Positions 41,844 through 52,936 of a stretch of 64,000 nucleotides of DNA are shown in pieces (the first letter of the stretch is position 1; each line of letters opens with the position of its first letter). Under the pieces are notes generated by a model that was given only the letters and a program-made list of their open reading frames with translations, did no database searches and had not been told where the DNA came from. The stretch is from Octopus vulgaris (lineage: Eukaryota). The stretch is from contig OX597819.1 of NCBI GenBank assembly GCA_951406725.2, forward strand, positions 80,414,001 to 80,478,000, in the 5' to 3' direction. The position numbers and the translations under genes are program-made.

Positions 41844-42390
41844 CATCCTTAATTTTTCTTAAGGCTAATAGTAGTAAACATCTGAACTTTTTTTGACCCC
41901 ACCCAAAAAAAAAAAAAAAAAAAGATAATAATAGTGCTGATATTCTATCTATCTATCTACACACACACACACAAACCTCACCTCGGTTCTATTGTTAACC
42001 AAATATGAAAGTATTATTTGACAGGCAAGAACTCTGGCATTGAAGACAGTCAGCCAGCCAACCACCAAGCCAGCCAACGAGACAGACAGACACTACTGTG
42101 ATGGTGATAATGATAAAAAAACAAAAATAACAATAATAAGATACTGCTGTGACTACACATAAAACAATATCATTGATGATGATGGTGGTGATGGTGATGG
42201 TGATGATGATAATGATGATGATGGTAATGGTGGTGATAATGATGATAGTGATGGTAATGGTGAAGATAATAACAATAATAAGCCGACTACGGCTGCTATA
42301 ATGGTACGATTATAATTGTAACGGCAATGATGGCCGTCTCCCCACGAGCCAATCAAAGCTAAAAAATGATAACATTATCGTAGCACCAAA

Positions 42391-45348
42391 ATGTTTTTGG
42401 AAACTAAAAGGAAAACTAAATCAGTATACCAAATCGCTTGTCCTATGGTTAATCTGGAAGCGCGTCCCCCAGGGAAGAGCCAGCCTGGGATCGAAAAGTC
42501 ATCAACTGGCACAAACTCTTCTCCGAATACGGACATGGATGGTCACTTGAACGGGAAATCTCCCAACTCGAGCCCTCCAAGTTCACCACCACAACCACCA
42601 CAGAAAGAAAAATGTAAGCGGAACAAATGGACCCGAGAAGAGTATAAAGAAGTAATATACGCTTATTACTATGCATTAGGTAGGCCATCTCAAGAGAGAC
42701 ACACCGCAAACTCTTACAGTATATGGAGAACACGGAATCAAGACAGTAGGCCCTATTTGGACGAGAACAAATTAGCAAATGTGAGGAGGGATATCTTTAG
42801 AAATAACAGACTCACAGACAGTGAAATAAGTGCGATCAAGCACGCAACGGAAAATGACATAAATATAAGACACAAAGGAAATGAAGAATCAGATGAACAG
42901 TATAGCCCGCCACGAGGCTTAATTGAAAGACTGCCATCTGACCAAAGTACGCAAAGGCCTGAAGATACAAGAAATTCTATTGTACCTGTTAAAGATAGCC
43001 AGGAAAACGAAAAAACAACAGTAACTGAAGATCTCGCATTTGCTGAAGAACACAGAGAGTCTATGGCAGAAATGAGGCAGAAAATCCTGAATACGCTTGA
43101 AGTTGTAAGACATACAAGTATGAATGATAGAGAACCGCTTCATAAACTCTCAAATACAAACCAAAATAAAAAACAAATCCAAATTGGCAACTATGTAACA
43201 AATGAAATAATACGAGAATTAAAACCTGATTTTACTGAGTTAAATGAAATTATTTACGCTTCTGCTAGGGCAATTGAAACCAGCTGTATGCCCCCGAAAA
43301 AACAAAGAAAACAAAACCTGGGAAGAAATCAAACCTGGAGAAGTAAAATTGAAAAAGAGATTGAATTTATGAGAGGGGAAATATCAATATTAAATGAACT
43401 AATATGTGGAAATGATGTAAGATCCAGAACAGGAAGAAAGATGAAGAGAAAATTTGGATCCTCACCAAGAGAAGAACTGATATCAATAAAAGAAACGCTG
43501 AAACAAAAAGTCCAAGCAAAAGCCCAAAGAATACGAAGATTTGAGAAGAGAAACAAGTTTTACAAGCAAAATAAGCTGTTCACATCCAATGCCAAAAAAT
43601 TCTACAGAGAAATAGGGAAGGAGAAAGTAACCGTTAAAGACCCTCCTCCCATGGAAGAAGTTCAAAACTTTTGGGAAAGGATTTGGAGTGACAAGAAGAC
43701 GTACAACATAAATGCAGACTGGATTATACAAACTGAAGGATCCTACCAAAATTTACAACAACAAGCATGGGAAGACATCACAATAGCAGACCTAAGAAAG
43801 GCACTCACGAAGGCCCATAATTGGAAATCCCCCGGTAAAGATAGGGTGCCGAATTTCTGGCTCGCATCGCTCCCGTGCGCACACGGTAAGCTAGTTCAGC
43901 TGCTTAATGGAATTTTGAGAGACCCAAAGAAAACACCTGAATGGTTAGCAAGTGGCATTACTTACCTACTCCCAAAGAATAACGAAACCAACCTTCCAAA
44001 AAACTATCGGCCTATAACCTGTCTATCCACCACGTATAAAATCCTAACATCTATCCTGGCGGAGAAAACATATGCATTCATGGAGAAGAACGATATTTTC
44101 CCCATTGAACAAAAAGGGTGCCGCCGAGGCTCTTACGGATGCAAAGATCAACTGCTAATCAATCGTATGATCCTTGAGAACTGTCACAACAAGCGCAGAA
44201 ATCTCAGCACCGCATGGATTGACTATAAAAAGGCCTTCGACAGTATACCGCATCCATGGATCTTGAGATCGCTGGACATCTTTAAAATTTCCCCTGTGAT
44301 TTCAAACTTCCTGAAGCACAATATGTCGTTGTGGAATACGAATCTCCAATTATACCACTCTAATGGAGTACTTGCCTCAGAAAATATAAACATCAACTGT
44401 GGAATTTTTCAAGGTGACTCACTTTCACCTTTAATATTCTGCATAGCCCTAATACCCCTTACAAGTGAATTAAACAGAACAGGGTATGGGTATAAAATTG
44501 CCAATAAAAAAATAAGCCATCTATTTTATATGGATGACTTAAAACTTTATGGTAAAGACAATAATGAACTTGAAGGCCTATTGCGCACAGTGAAAGCATT
44601 CAGCGATGACATCGGGATGGAGTTTGGACTTGAGAAGTGTGCCAAGGCCACTTTCCAGAAAGGGAAAGTGAAGACCACAAATTCAGTCGTGTTAGATGTT
44701 GACACAGTCATAAGAGAGCTTGAGCAAGAACAGACATACAAATATTTAGGGATAAATGAAGGCTCTGGTATTCAGCATGCAAGCATGAAAGAGAAAATCA
44801 GGAAGGAATGTTATAGGAGAGTTCGTGCAGTCCTGAAATCTGAACTAAATGCACGTAACAAGGTGTTAGCTATAAATTCCTTAGCAGTTCCAGTTGTTAC
44901 TTATAGCTACAATGTGTTGAACTGGAATATGAGTGAAGTAAAGAATATAGATAGAAAAATACGCAAGCTGCTGAGTTGTAATAGGATGCACCACCCAAAG
45001 GCAGACGTAGATCGCCTTTACCTTCCCAGAGCCCAAGGAGGTCGAGGCCTGATCCAATTTGAAATAGCTTACAAAACAACCACAATTGGACTGGCCAAAT
45101 ATCTCGAAATATCGAATGACTGGATGCTAAAGCTCGTGGAAAATCACGAGAGACGAAAGAAGCTTCATTCTATCATCAAGGAAAGCAAAAAATTTGCTAT
45201 TGATCTCGTGCAGGATACCCAAACTGAACAACCCGAGGGAAGTACGGCAACTATTGTTGCAAAGAAGGTGAAAATGATGGCAATGAAAAAGCGCACGAGC
45301 AATTGGCTGATAGGTGGGAGGAGAAACCTCTGCACGGCAAATATGTGA
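42391..45348 (+). CDS. Retrotransposon protein, N-terminal part: Myb-like DNA-binding region and reverse transcriptase
   Basis: 985-aa uninterrupted ORF. Motifs: KRNKWTREEYKEVIYAYY (Myb-like), YRPITCL, QKGCRRGSYGCKDQL, WIDYKKAFDSIPH, GIFQGDSLSP, HLFYMDDLKLY, FGLEKCA, YKYLG. Homology moves to another frame at the A5 run 45286-45290. Confidence 0.93.
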   Translation: MFLETKRKTKSVYQIACPMVNLEARPPGKSQPGIEKSSTGTNSSPNTDMDGHLNGKSPNSSPPSSPPQPPQKEKCKRNKWTREEYKEVIYAYYYALGRPSQERHTANSYSIWRTRNQDSRPYLDENKLANVRRDIFRNNRLTDSEISAIKHATENDINIRHKGNEESDEQYSPPRGLIERLPSDQSTQRPEDTRNSIVPVKDSQENEKTTVTEDLAFAEEHRESMAEMRQKILNTLEVVRHTSMNDREPLHKLSNTNQNKKQIQIGNYVTNEIIRELKPDFTELNEIIYASARAIETSCMPPKKQRKQNLGRNQTWRSKIEKEIEFMRGEISILNELICGNDVRSRTGRKMKRKFGSSPREELISIKETLKQKVQAKAQRIRRFEKRNKFYKQNKLFTSNAKKFYREIGKEKVTVKDPPPMEEVQNFWERIWSDKKTYNINADWIIQTEGSYQNLQQQAWEDITIADLRKALTKAHNWKSPGKDRVPNFWLASLPCAHGKLVQLLNGILRDPKKTPEWLASGITYLLPKNNETNLPKNYRPITCLSTTYKILTSILAEKTYAFMEKNDIFPIEQKGCRRGSYGCKDQLLINRMILENCHNKRRNLSTAWIDYKKAFDSIPHPWILRSLDIFKISPVISNFLKHNMSLWNTNLQLYHSNGVLASENININCGIFQGDSLSPLIFCIALIPLTSELNRTGYGYKIANKKISHLFYMDDLKLYGKDNNELEGLLRTVKAFSDDIGMEFGLEKCAKATFQKGKVKTTNSVVLDVDTVIRELEQEQTYKYLGINEGSGIQHASMKEKIRKECYRRVRAVLKSELNARNKVLAINSLAVPVVTYSYNVLNWNMSEVKNIDRKIRKLLSCNRMHHPKADVDRLYLPRAQGGRGLIQFEIAYKTTTIGLAKYLEISNDWMLKLVENHERRKKLHSIIKESKKFAIDLVQDTQTEQPEGSTATIVAKKVKMMAMKKRTSNWLIGGRRNLCTANM

Positions 45349-46079
45349 CCCGCAGCAAACAAGCTGATGTTGACCAGAAGCAAACCCATCAGTGGCTGCG
45401 GAGCTCAGGGCTAAAAGCAGAGAGCGAAGGTTTCATCCTGGCTGCTCAAGACCAAAGCCTATTAACCCGGAACTACCAGGCCAATGTGATGAAAAATGGA
45501 GCAGACCCAAAATGCCGATTCTGCAACGACATGATTGAAACAGTGGACCACCTAATCTCTGGATGTAAAGTCTTAGCACCAGTGGAGTATAAATTAAGAC
45601 ATGACAGAGTTGGCCAATATCTCCACTGGCTAATAAGTCGGCATTACAATATCAAAACTGCCGACAAGTGGTATAATCACCACCCTGAGGCTGTAACTGA
45701 AGGAGAAAATGTAACCATTCTGTGGGACTTTCCAGTACATACAGACCGAACCATCAAGGCCAATAAACCAGATATTGTTGTGAAAGACCAAAACAATAAA
45801 GTTTGCTTATTGATCGACATGAGCATCCCCTGTGATCATAATATCTCAGCGAAAGAGTTTGACAAGCTCAGAAAATATAAAGACCTACTCATTGAAATTG
45901 AGAAAATGTGGCATCTCAAGGCGGTTACAATACCAGTGATCGTAGGAGTACTAGGAATGATCAAGAAGGGAACCGAAAATTATATGAGAATGATCCCTGG
46001 CTTACCATCCCTGCAAGAAGTGCAAAAGATTGTCTTAACTGGTACATCACACGTATTGAGAAGAGCATTGTCGATGTGA
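45291..46079 (+). CDS. Retrotransposon protein, C-terminal part (-1 frame): CCHC zinc knuckle and PD-(D/E)xK restriction-like endonuclease
   Basis: AHEQLADRWEEKPLHGKY; CRFC..ETVDHLISGC; RHD; KPDIVVKD..LIDMSIP..KLRKYKDL. The ORF-track start at 45303 is TTG, so this is a continuation of the upstream ORF rather than an independent gene. Confidence 0.9.
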   Translation, partial: AHEQLADRWEEKPLHGKYVTRSKQADVDQKQTHQWLRSSGLKAESEGFILAAQDQSLLTRNYQANVMKNGADPKCRFCNDMIETVDHLISGCKVLAPVEYKLRHDRVGQYLHWLISRHYNIKTADKWYNHHPEAVTEGENVTILWDFPVHTDRTIKANKPDIVVKDQNNKVCLLIDMSIPCDHNISAKEFDKLRKYKDLLIEIEKMWHLKAVTIPVIVGVLGMIKKGTENYMRMIPGLPSLQEVQKIVLTGTSHVLRRALSM

Positions 46080-46321
46080 GAACTGTTGCTGCTCATGTAT
46101 TTTAATTTAACTTTAAAAAAAAAAAAAAAAAAAAAATGAACGAACTACTGAGTTTGGTTTAATGGCCTACCAATATACACTATGAGTTTCTTTGCCCTAG
46201 GAGTCGGGAAGACACTCGGCAAGAAATGGAAGAAAATTTGAAAGAAGAAAAAAAAAAAGTAATAATAATAATAATACTGTTGCCACTACCAATTTAACAA
46301 CAAGACAATGACAGTAATGAA

Positions 46322-46363
<42 letters not shown>

Positions 46364-46956
46364 AATGAAGAGGAAGAGAAAGAAGTTGGCGGAAGACGAA
46401 TGTGTGATTGAAATAAAACAAGGGGAAACAAAAGAAAGAGAAACGAACGTAAAAGATTTATTTTTAGAAGTGGATAGAAATTTATAACAGGTGAAGTATA
46501 TTCATATATTACAAATACACTCATGTACATGCAGGTATATATGTTTGTATATATGTATATGTATGTGTATGTATGCTTGTCTGTATTCATAGGTGTATGT
46601 GTGTATAGATATTTGTGTATGTATTTAGGAACGTCTGTTTTTTGAATAGGCATTGGAGTATACATATATGTGTGGGGAGTGAGTGTGTGTGAGTGCGTGC
46701 GTGCGTGTGTGCGTGCGTGTGTGCGTGCGTGTGCGTGCGTGTGCGTGCGTGTGCGTGCGTGTGCGCATGTGCATGTGGGTGTGTATGTGTGTGTGCATGA
46801 GTGTACCTATGTATATGTACATATACTTACATATATATAAACTATATATAACTACGAATGTATATATAAATATATACATTCATACATTCATGTATACATT
46901 CATACATTTACACACAAACACACACATATATATATACATATACGCACATATATGTA

Positions 46957-46990
<34 letters not shown>

Positions 46991-46996
46991 TACATA

Positions 46997-47040
<44 letters not shown>

Positions 47041-47058
47041 CATACATACATACATACA

Positions 47059-47090
<32 letters not shown>

Positions 47091-47199
47091 CATATATCAC
47101 AAACGTGTATACATACACACATAAATGTACGCATATATACATTCAGTGTATAAGTTGGCTACGTAGGTGTGCATGTACGTATATATTTATTTTTGTATG

Positions 47200-47233
<34 letters not shown>

Positions 47234-47705
47234 TGTATGTATGTATGTATGTATGTATGTGCGTGCGTGTGTATGTGTATCCCCACATGTGCACTGAATA
47301 TGATGTAGTTTGCGGAGGCAGGATTGTTGGCTGTTTAAGGAATGTGAGTGTAAGGTTGTAGCATCTAGAACCAAGAATGTTCAGTAGACCATTAATGACC
47401 AGGAGAATGGTTCCCTGCTTCTGTCAAAACCATTCTTTCATCTGTCGCTGTCAGCAGTAATTATAGATTTACATCAAATTCAGCGTTTATATATATTTTT
47501 CCTCTGTATTTTATTTCAAATTTTTTTTATTTAAATTTTGTTTAAAATATATTTAATCTGCTTTCCTTTGTTTTGATATTTTTACGTATATTTTTTAAAA
47601 TCTTTCTCTAAATGATTTTTTTTATCGAAAGCAAGAAAGACCTATCTATATAACTATCTATCCACCTCCCACTCTATCTGTATATACATACACTTGTGTG
47701 TATAC

Positions 47706-47739
<34 letters not shown>

Positions 47740-47777
47740 ACATATATATGTATATATGAATATATATATAGATATAT

Positions 47778-47818
<41 letters not shown>

Positions 47819-47922
47819 CATATATATACATATATATGTACATATATACAAATATACATATATGTATATATATATATATTCATATTTATGTGTGTATAAG
47901 CGCGTAACGTGAGCACAAAAAG

Positions 47923-47995
<73 letters not shown>

Positions 47996-48476
47996 GTATA
48001 TATGTGTATACATATGTAAATGCATATATACATACATATGTATAAAAATAGACATATATGTGTGTGTATATATATTTACATATTTTGAAGTGTATATGTG
48101 TGTATATAGCCAAAGATAAATACTCACGCCAATAAATACGCACTCAAACACACATCGCACAAGCATGAAACAAAAGAGGCCTCCATACTTGATATTGTTG
48201 TACAACATATTTATTTGAGTTGAAGATTAATGTAACCATGTAATCGACAGCTCTATATATACCATGCATCTGTCTATCTATCTATCTATCTATCTATCTA
48301 TTCTATTCTATCTGTCTAACCATTTACCTATCTGACTGTTTTCCTCTGTCTGTCTGCCTATCTATCTATCTATCTATCTAACCATCTGTATACCTAGGAT
48401 AGATAGATAGATTTTTAGTTATATAGAGAGATGTGGCTATATACACTTCTAAGTGCTACAAACGTGTATAGATAGA

Positions 48477-48537
48477 TTCTAGCAAAAACTGTCCGATGAA
48501 CGGCAACGCGAAACTCAGAGTAACAGGTTTTGTAGAA
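48477..48537 (+). ncRNA. Minimal type I hammerhead ribozyme (CCGA core variant)
   Basis: caaaaactgt-CCGATGA-acg(gcaa)cgc-GAAA-ctcagag-TA-acaggttttg. Long stem I and a GNRA loop in stem II. Confidence 0.78.
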
Positions 48538-49033
48538 GTTTCGGCTGCTTTAAATAAAGCGTATTACTCTACCACTGGTATTTGAGTACTCTTTTTTTCC
48601 ACCTTGTTTCATATTTATGTGTTTACTCTGGTATATATATATATATAAAGAGCAAAAATATTGGAGGATCAGTATACACCACGTGGCAAAATTATGAGTT
48701 GAAATTATGTGGAAAACATATATAAAAAGTGGGAGAAAATGCCTTCGATTCACATAGTTTAATATATTTTTACAAAAAATTTCTTTATATATATATATAT
48801 ATATATTATCGATATCGTGGTGTCCACCCGGCTTTCGCTATTTAAATTATCCTATTAAGGGACATTTTGAAGTAATCATTTCTTGTGACAAAGGAATCTT
48901 GCCATTTTGGATACTTGAAAAGTAAAGATGAGTCTAAAGAATGGACAAGGGGAGGCAATATTGGCAAGGAGGAACAACTAATTTCTCAGAATAATTGTTG
49001 AAATAGGAATGTGTAAGGATCTGATGGTCAAGT

Positions 49034-49218
49034 TTATATATTAAGGTGTGGTTTGTACTTTTGTATGAAAAGGTTTTCCTTGTTTAGGCGTTCTTGTATG
49101 GCGATTGAGTTTTTACATTGGTATAATGGAAAAATATATGGAAATTCAGTGTTTTATTATGTTCGCTCAGGGCTGTCTGCCTGTATTGCAGAAAACGAAT
49201 CTCTTCTTTATGTAGCAT
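49034..49218 (-). pseudogene. Second Penelope GIY-YIG C-terminal fragment
   Basis: Minus strand reads LHKEEIRFLQYRQTALSEH / IFPLYQCKNSIAIQERLNKENLFIQKYKPHLNI*, which aligns by eye with the 30365-30641 fragment (IFPLYQ..R..KENLFI.KY.P.LN). Confidence 0.8.
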
Positions 49219-49482
49219 TTATTGAATCAATAAAACTGTTGATTTAATAACACTGTGTATAAACTTTATACATGGAATGACCAATTTTAAATACTATTGG
49301 ATTTTACTCATAAGGTATTGGAAACGTATATGTATACCATTCTGTCTAAATAATGGATCTACAAATACAATATCCCTTCATATCCCACATCTGTTTTCAT
49401 TCCTCCACCCCACTCTCTATTTCGTATCTTATCTGTCTAAATTAACTATTGCTTAACCATTGGTTAACCATCTTCTCACACC

Positions 49483-49530
49483 GTCTCCGATGAAGGGATA
49501 TAATAAATATCCTAGAAACAGCTGTAAGAC
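49483..49530 (+). ncRNA. Minimal type I hammerhead ribozyme (CCGA core variant)
   Basis: gtct-CCGATGA-agggatat(aataa)atatccta-GAAA-cagctg-TA-agac. Palindromic ACAGCTGT. Confidence 0.8.
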
Positions 49531-49597
49531 CTTGTATTTACAAATGTTCTAAAATCTACACAGCCTTAATTGTTTATCTCATTACGGAATATATATT

Positions 49598-49676
<79 letters not shown>

Positions 49677-49677
<1 letters not shown>

Positions 49678-50576
49678 TAGCAGTATTGCCCGGCTTTGTG
49701 TGACTATTAATCACACTGAGGAAAATCGATTAATCTGCGAGTGCAAAATCAATACTTTCTTACACAGTGTACGTACGTGTGCTCGTACGTTCTATGCACG
49801 CGCGTATTAAGCTAAACTTGGATGAAGTTCAATCAAAATTCAATTATTTTGGTTTTATAATCAAGCATTTAATGCCCTCTATTTTTGCGCATATGTGTTC
49901 CATTTCCTCAATAGGAAGTACGTAGAAGCGTTTCATAAATTTTTGTTGATCAAATAATTGCATTGTTGAATTATTCTTTTAGATCAGTATTTCTCAACGG
50001 GGATTTCAGGGGAGAATTTCAGGGAGTCGCTGGCGATGTATCGTGATGATCAAAAATCCGGCCTGCTAAAATTTTGTTAAAGTGATTCAAACTGCAGACT
50101 CAACGCAAAATGGTCACATTTAATTCAAAGCGTTAAAAATGCTATGAAAACAATTGGTATGTGTTCACAAATTCCAAACGATTAATACGAAAAAACCCTC
50201 CAGGTTACATCCCGAAAATTCATTTCTTTGTCGAATTTCTACAATGTTTACGGCGATTTGATTTTATATCTTGATTTTTTATTTTTCATGCAATTTACGC
50301 ATGCTTGCACGCGTGATGAACACAGTTCACGTCAAACAGCTGACTGAGTAAAGTTCACTATTCAATGCATGGGATAAGGCCTAAACAAACACATTATCGA
50401 TTTTTGCACTTGCGAGATGAATTTCGGAACAGAAATAGCGCAGTTCAATTTTCATTCGCCTAAACTTTAAGTGACCCATTTTTGGTGGTTCTACGATTTG
50501 TTGGCTAGGAAGAGATGTGCCGGGAAGTTAAACACACAAACACACACACAGATACACACACAGACACACAAGTTGA

Positions 50577-50595
<19 letters not shown>
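49677..50595 (-). mobile_element. Non-autonomous Helitron-like element
   Basis: The minus strand starts tatatatataaaactcaacttgtgtgtctgtgtg and ends with a GC-rich gccgggc motif shortly before CTAG|T. Embedded in (TA)n, with no TSD or ORF. Confidence 0.55.
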
Positions 50596-50629
<34 letters not shown>

Positions 50630-50725
50630 ATAAAACGGTAAGATAACAAAAGAAAGAAAGAGACCTCAATATTATGTAAATAGAGGAAATTTATCTATAC
50701 AATATGTTACATTACTCGGTAGTCA

Positions 50726-50785
50726 AGATAAAACTCTGAGTTTCAGATGCCGAAGTGGAAATCCACAACACCATCTCTTCGGTTA

Positions 50786-50788
<3 letters not shown>
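50726..50788 (-). ncRNA. Type I hammerhead ribozyme (CCGA core, extended stem II)
   Basis: Minus strand: agataa-CCGAAGA-gatg...catct-GAAA-ctcagag-TT-ttatct, inside an island of about 160 bp between two (TA)n tracts. Confidence 0.78.
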
Positions 50789-50820
<32 letters not shown>

Positions 50821-51599
50821 TTTGTGTGTGTAATTATTTTGGGGAGTAGTGGTTCTCGAAGAAGAGTAAGTTATAAATACCAACATATAAAGATTGGTTT
50901 GGTAAAACCTTCTGGAAAGAGAAAGTTAAGGGACGTCAGCGATGTGTGCGTGTGTGTGTGTCTGTATATTTGTATATTTATATACTTGTAGTTGTGTATA
51001 CTGTAATGAGCTAGGTCGTCTCGCAGTGAATCCACAACATCATATACAGAAGCTTCCCATGCTTGATAATCACAGACAGCCGGCAGGGAAATTGTCTATC
51101 AGTCCTCATTTCAACTACTGACAACATACACGCAATGGCACGATATCAATTCAAGACTTGGCTTGATCGTACTAATCTATGTTTTAAGCAACTTATTTTG
51201 CCTTTTGCGCCCTTCAGGCGGCATGATGCGACTGCAAAGTAAATGGAATCGCCCTGTTGAGAATGGAATGCGTGACGAAAACACTGTAGATACAATTTTA
51301 GCAAAAGTCGTTAGAAAATATCGATTGAGCAATCGCGATGAAATTTGAATTTTGACACAAAATTATGGATACACGAATACGGAGCCCGCTGCTCTCATCC
51401 ATTAACTATCAATCCTACAGTAACATGTTGCGAACGGGTGATACGTAGATGCGAATTTTTATTGTAATATGGATCTTCGTCCAAATCAGAAGCCGTAGTT
51501 GAATGCATCAGAATACATAGCGATCGACCTCTTTCGGAATCTCACTTCTGAGTATGAAGAAGAACTTTTCAGAGGGTGACAAGCTATTGCATTCAACCT

Positions 51600-52200
51600 G
51601 TCTTCGCTGCATTAATGCTTGCATCAAGATGTGATGCGAACACTGATGCGTTCAGTGGCTTATTGGACATCCTACCTCTCGTCACCAAGTGTCACAAAAT
51701 CGTTCGCATACATGAGATTTTTGACAATGAAATATCGTCCCATACTAGCACTCTGAAAATCTTGTGGGGCATATTCCACGATGATCGTCCTGCGGTGACA
51801 TTTGCTCAAAAGTATCTCCTTTAATTTGGTCACATCCTCTTTTCTCTACAAACTCATCGTCTTGATAGATGTATCAAGGACTTTCCGGGATAGCGTAACG
51901 GCAAGATGATCTTGAATATTGTTAGAAATGTAGCGCAGTCCTGTAAAACAAGTTGAACAAACTTTGAAGGAGTTATATAACCTCGCCATAACATCAATCC
52001 ATCTTGAAGAAACGAGAGAGAATTGCACCACACTTTTCTCATGGAAAAGATTCCAGGTTTCAAACCCGTATGGTAACATTGTACAGCTAGGGTATCAAGA
52101 TGACAACAGATTTTGAAAGTCTTGATAGACAATCTTCAACCGAAGCAATGTTACTCTTCCGTTTGTTGCATCAGGATTTTTTATCCGTGGAATTGTATTT
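51600..52200 (-). pseudogene. RTE-group LINE remnant, highly decayed
   Basis: MLPYGFETW (LYGxETW motif) and weak downstream similarity. Confidence 0.45.
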
Positions 52201-52903
52201 GTATTGGATCTGCACGGTCGGTTACTTAATAGCATATACTGCAGTTATGGTTGAGCAGGTTTGTGAAATTATCACATTTTTGAACATTTAACCGTGTTTT
52301 GAACATCGAAAACCGTTTCGGCTATGGGTGGGCGGCTCTTTGAGAGAAATTAAAAGATCTGTACTATTTTTCATGTGTCCACAATGGAAGCTATTTACTG
52401 TATGCTTACAGCTAAAATTATGTAGGAGGATGAGAGAAAGAAAAGTGGAAGAGGAACGAACAAAACTGCTCAAATATAACAGGAAACATCGTCTCCAGTC
52501 AACTGAAACCACAGATATGTTATTTCTTTTAACGTTTTTCATCTTTGTTGTCTTCCATTTGTTTACGGTCTTTCAATTCTTTATTGCATTTAGCCTTACA
52601 GAAACCAACTTCTCTTCCTCAACAATTGCTCCCTTATCATCAGTGATTAAATTGTAATCTCTCATCTTCCCACACAGCATTTTTATCCTCTCTCAATTTC
52701 AAACAAGACAGAGCATTTCACCAATATCTTCAAATTCAACACCTGGGAGAATTACTAGACAATAACTTACTAATTCTATGGAAGAAATCCACACCTAATC
52801 GGTAGTTTGACAAATTAATATATTCCAAAATTAATGTTTTTATAATATTCTATAAATATGTTGACAACGAAACCTAAGACTACATATGTTCAATCGCTTC
52901 ATC

Positions 52904-52936
<33 letters not shown>

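Larger units (their letters stand above)
42282..46259 (+). mobile_element. R4/Dong-clade non-LTR retrotransposon (RLE type), near full length
   Basis: One long RT + CCHC + RLE coding region. The 3' UTR ends in an A-rich tail directly followed by (TAA)n at 46260-46276, and a TAA-type tract (42267-42281) lies upstream. The 5' boundary is uncertain (anywhere from 40758 to 42390). Confidence 0.9.

Noticed and set aside
42282-42390. HDV-like ribozyme at the proximal R4 5' end
   Set aside because: Several small hairpins are present but I found no P1/P2/P3 pseudoknot. May be low-complexity flank.
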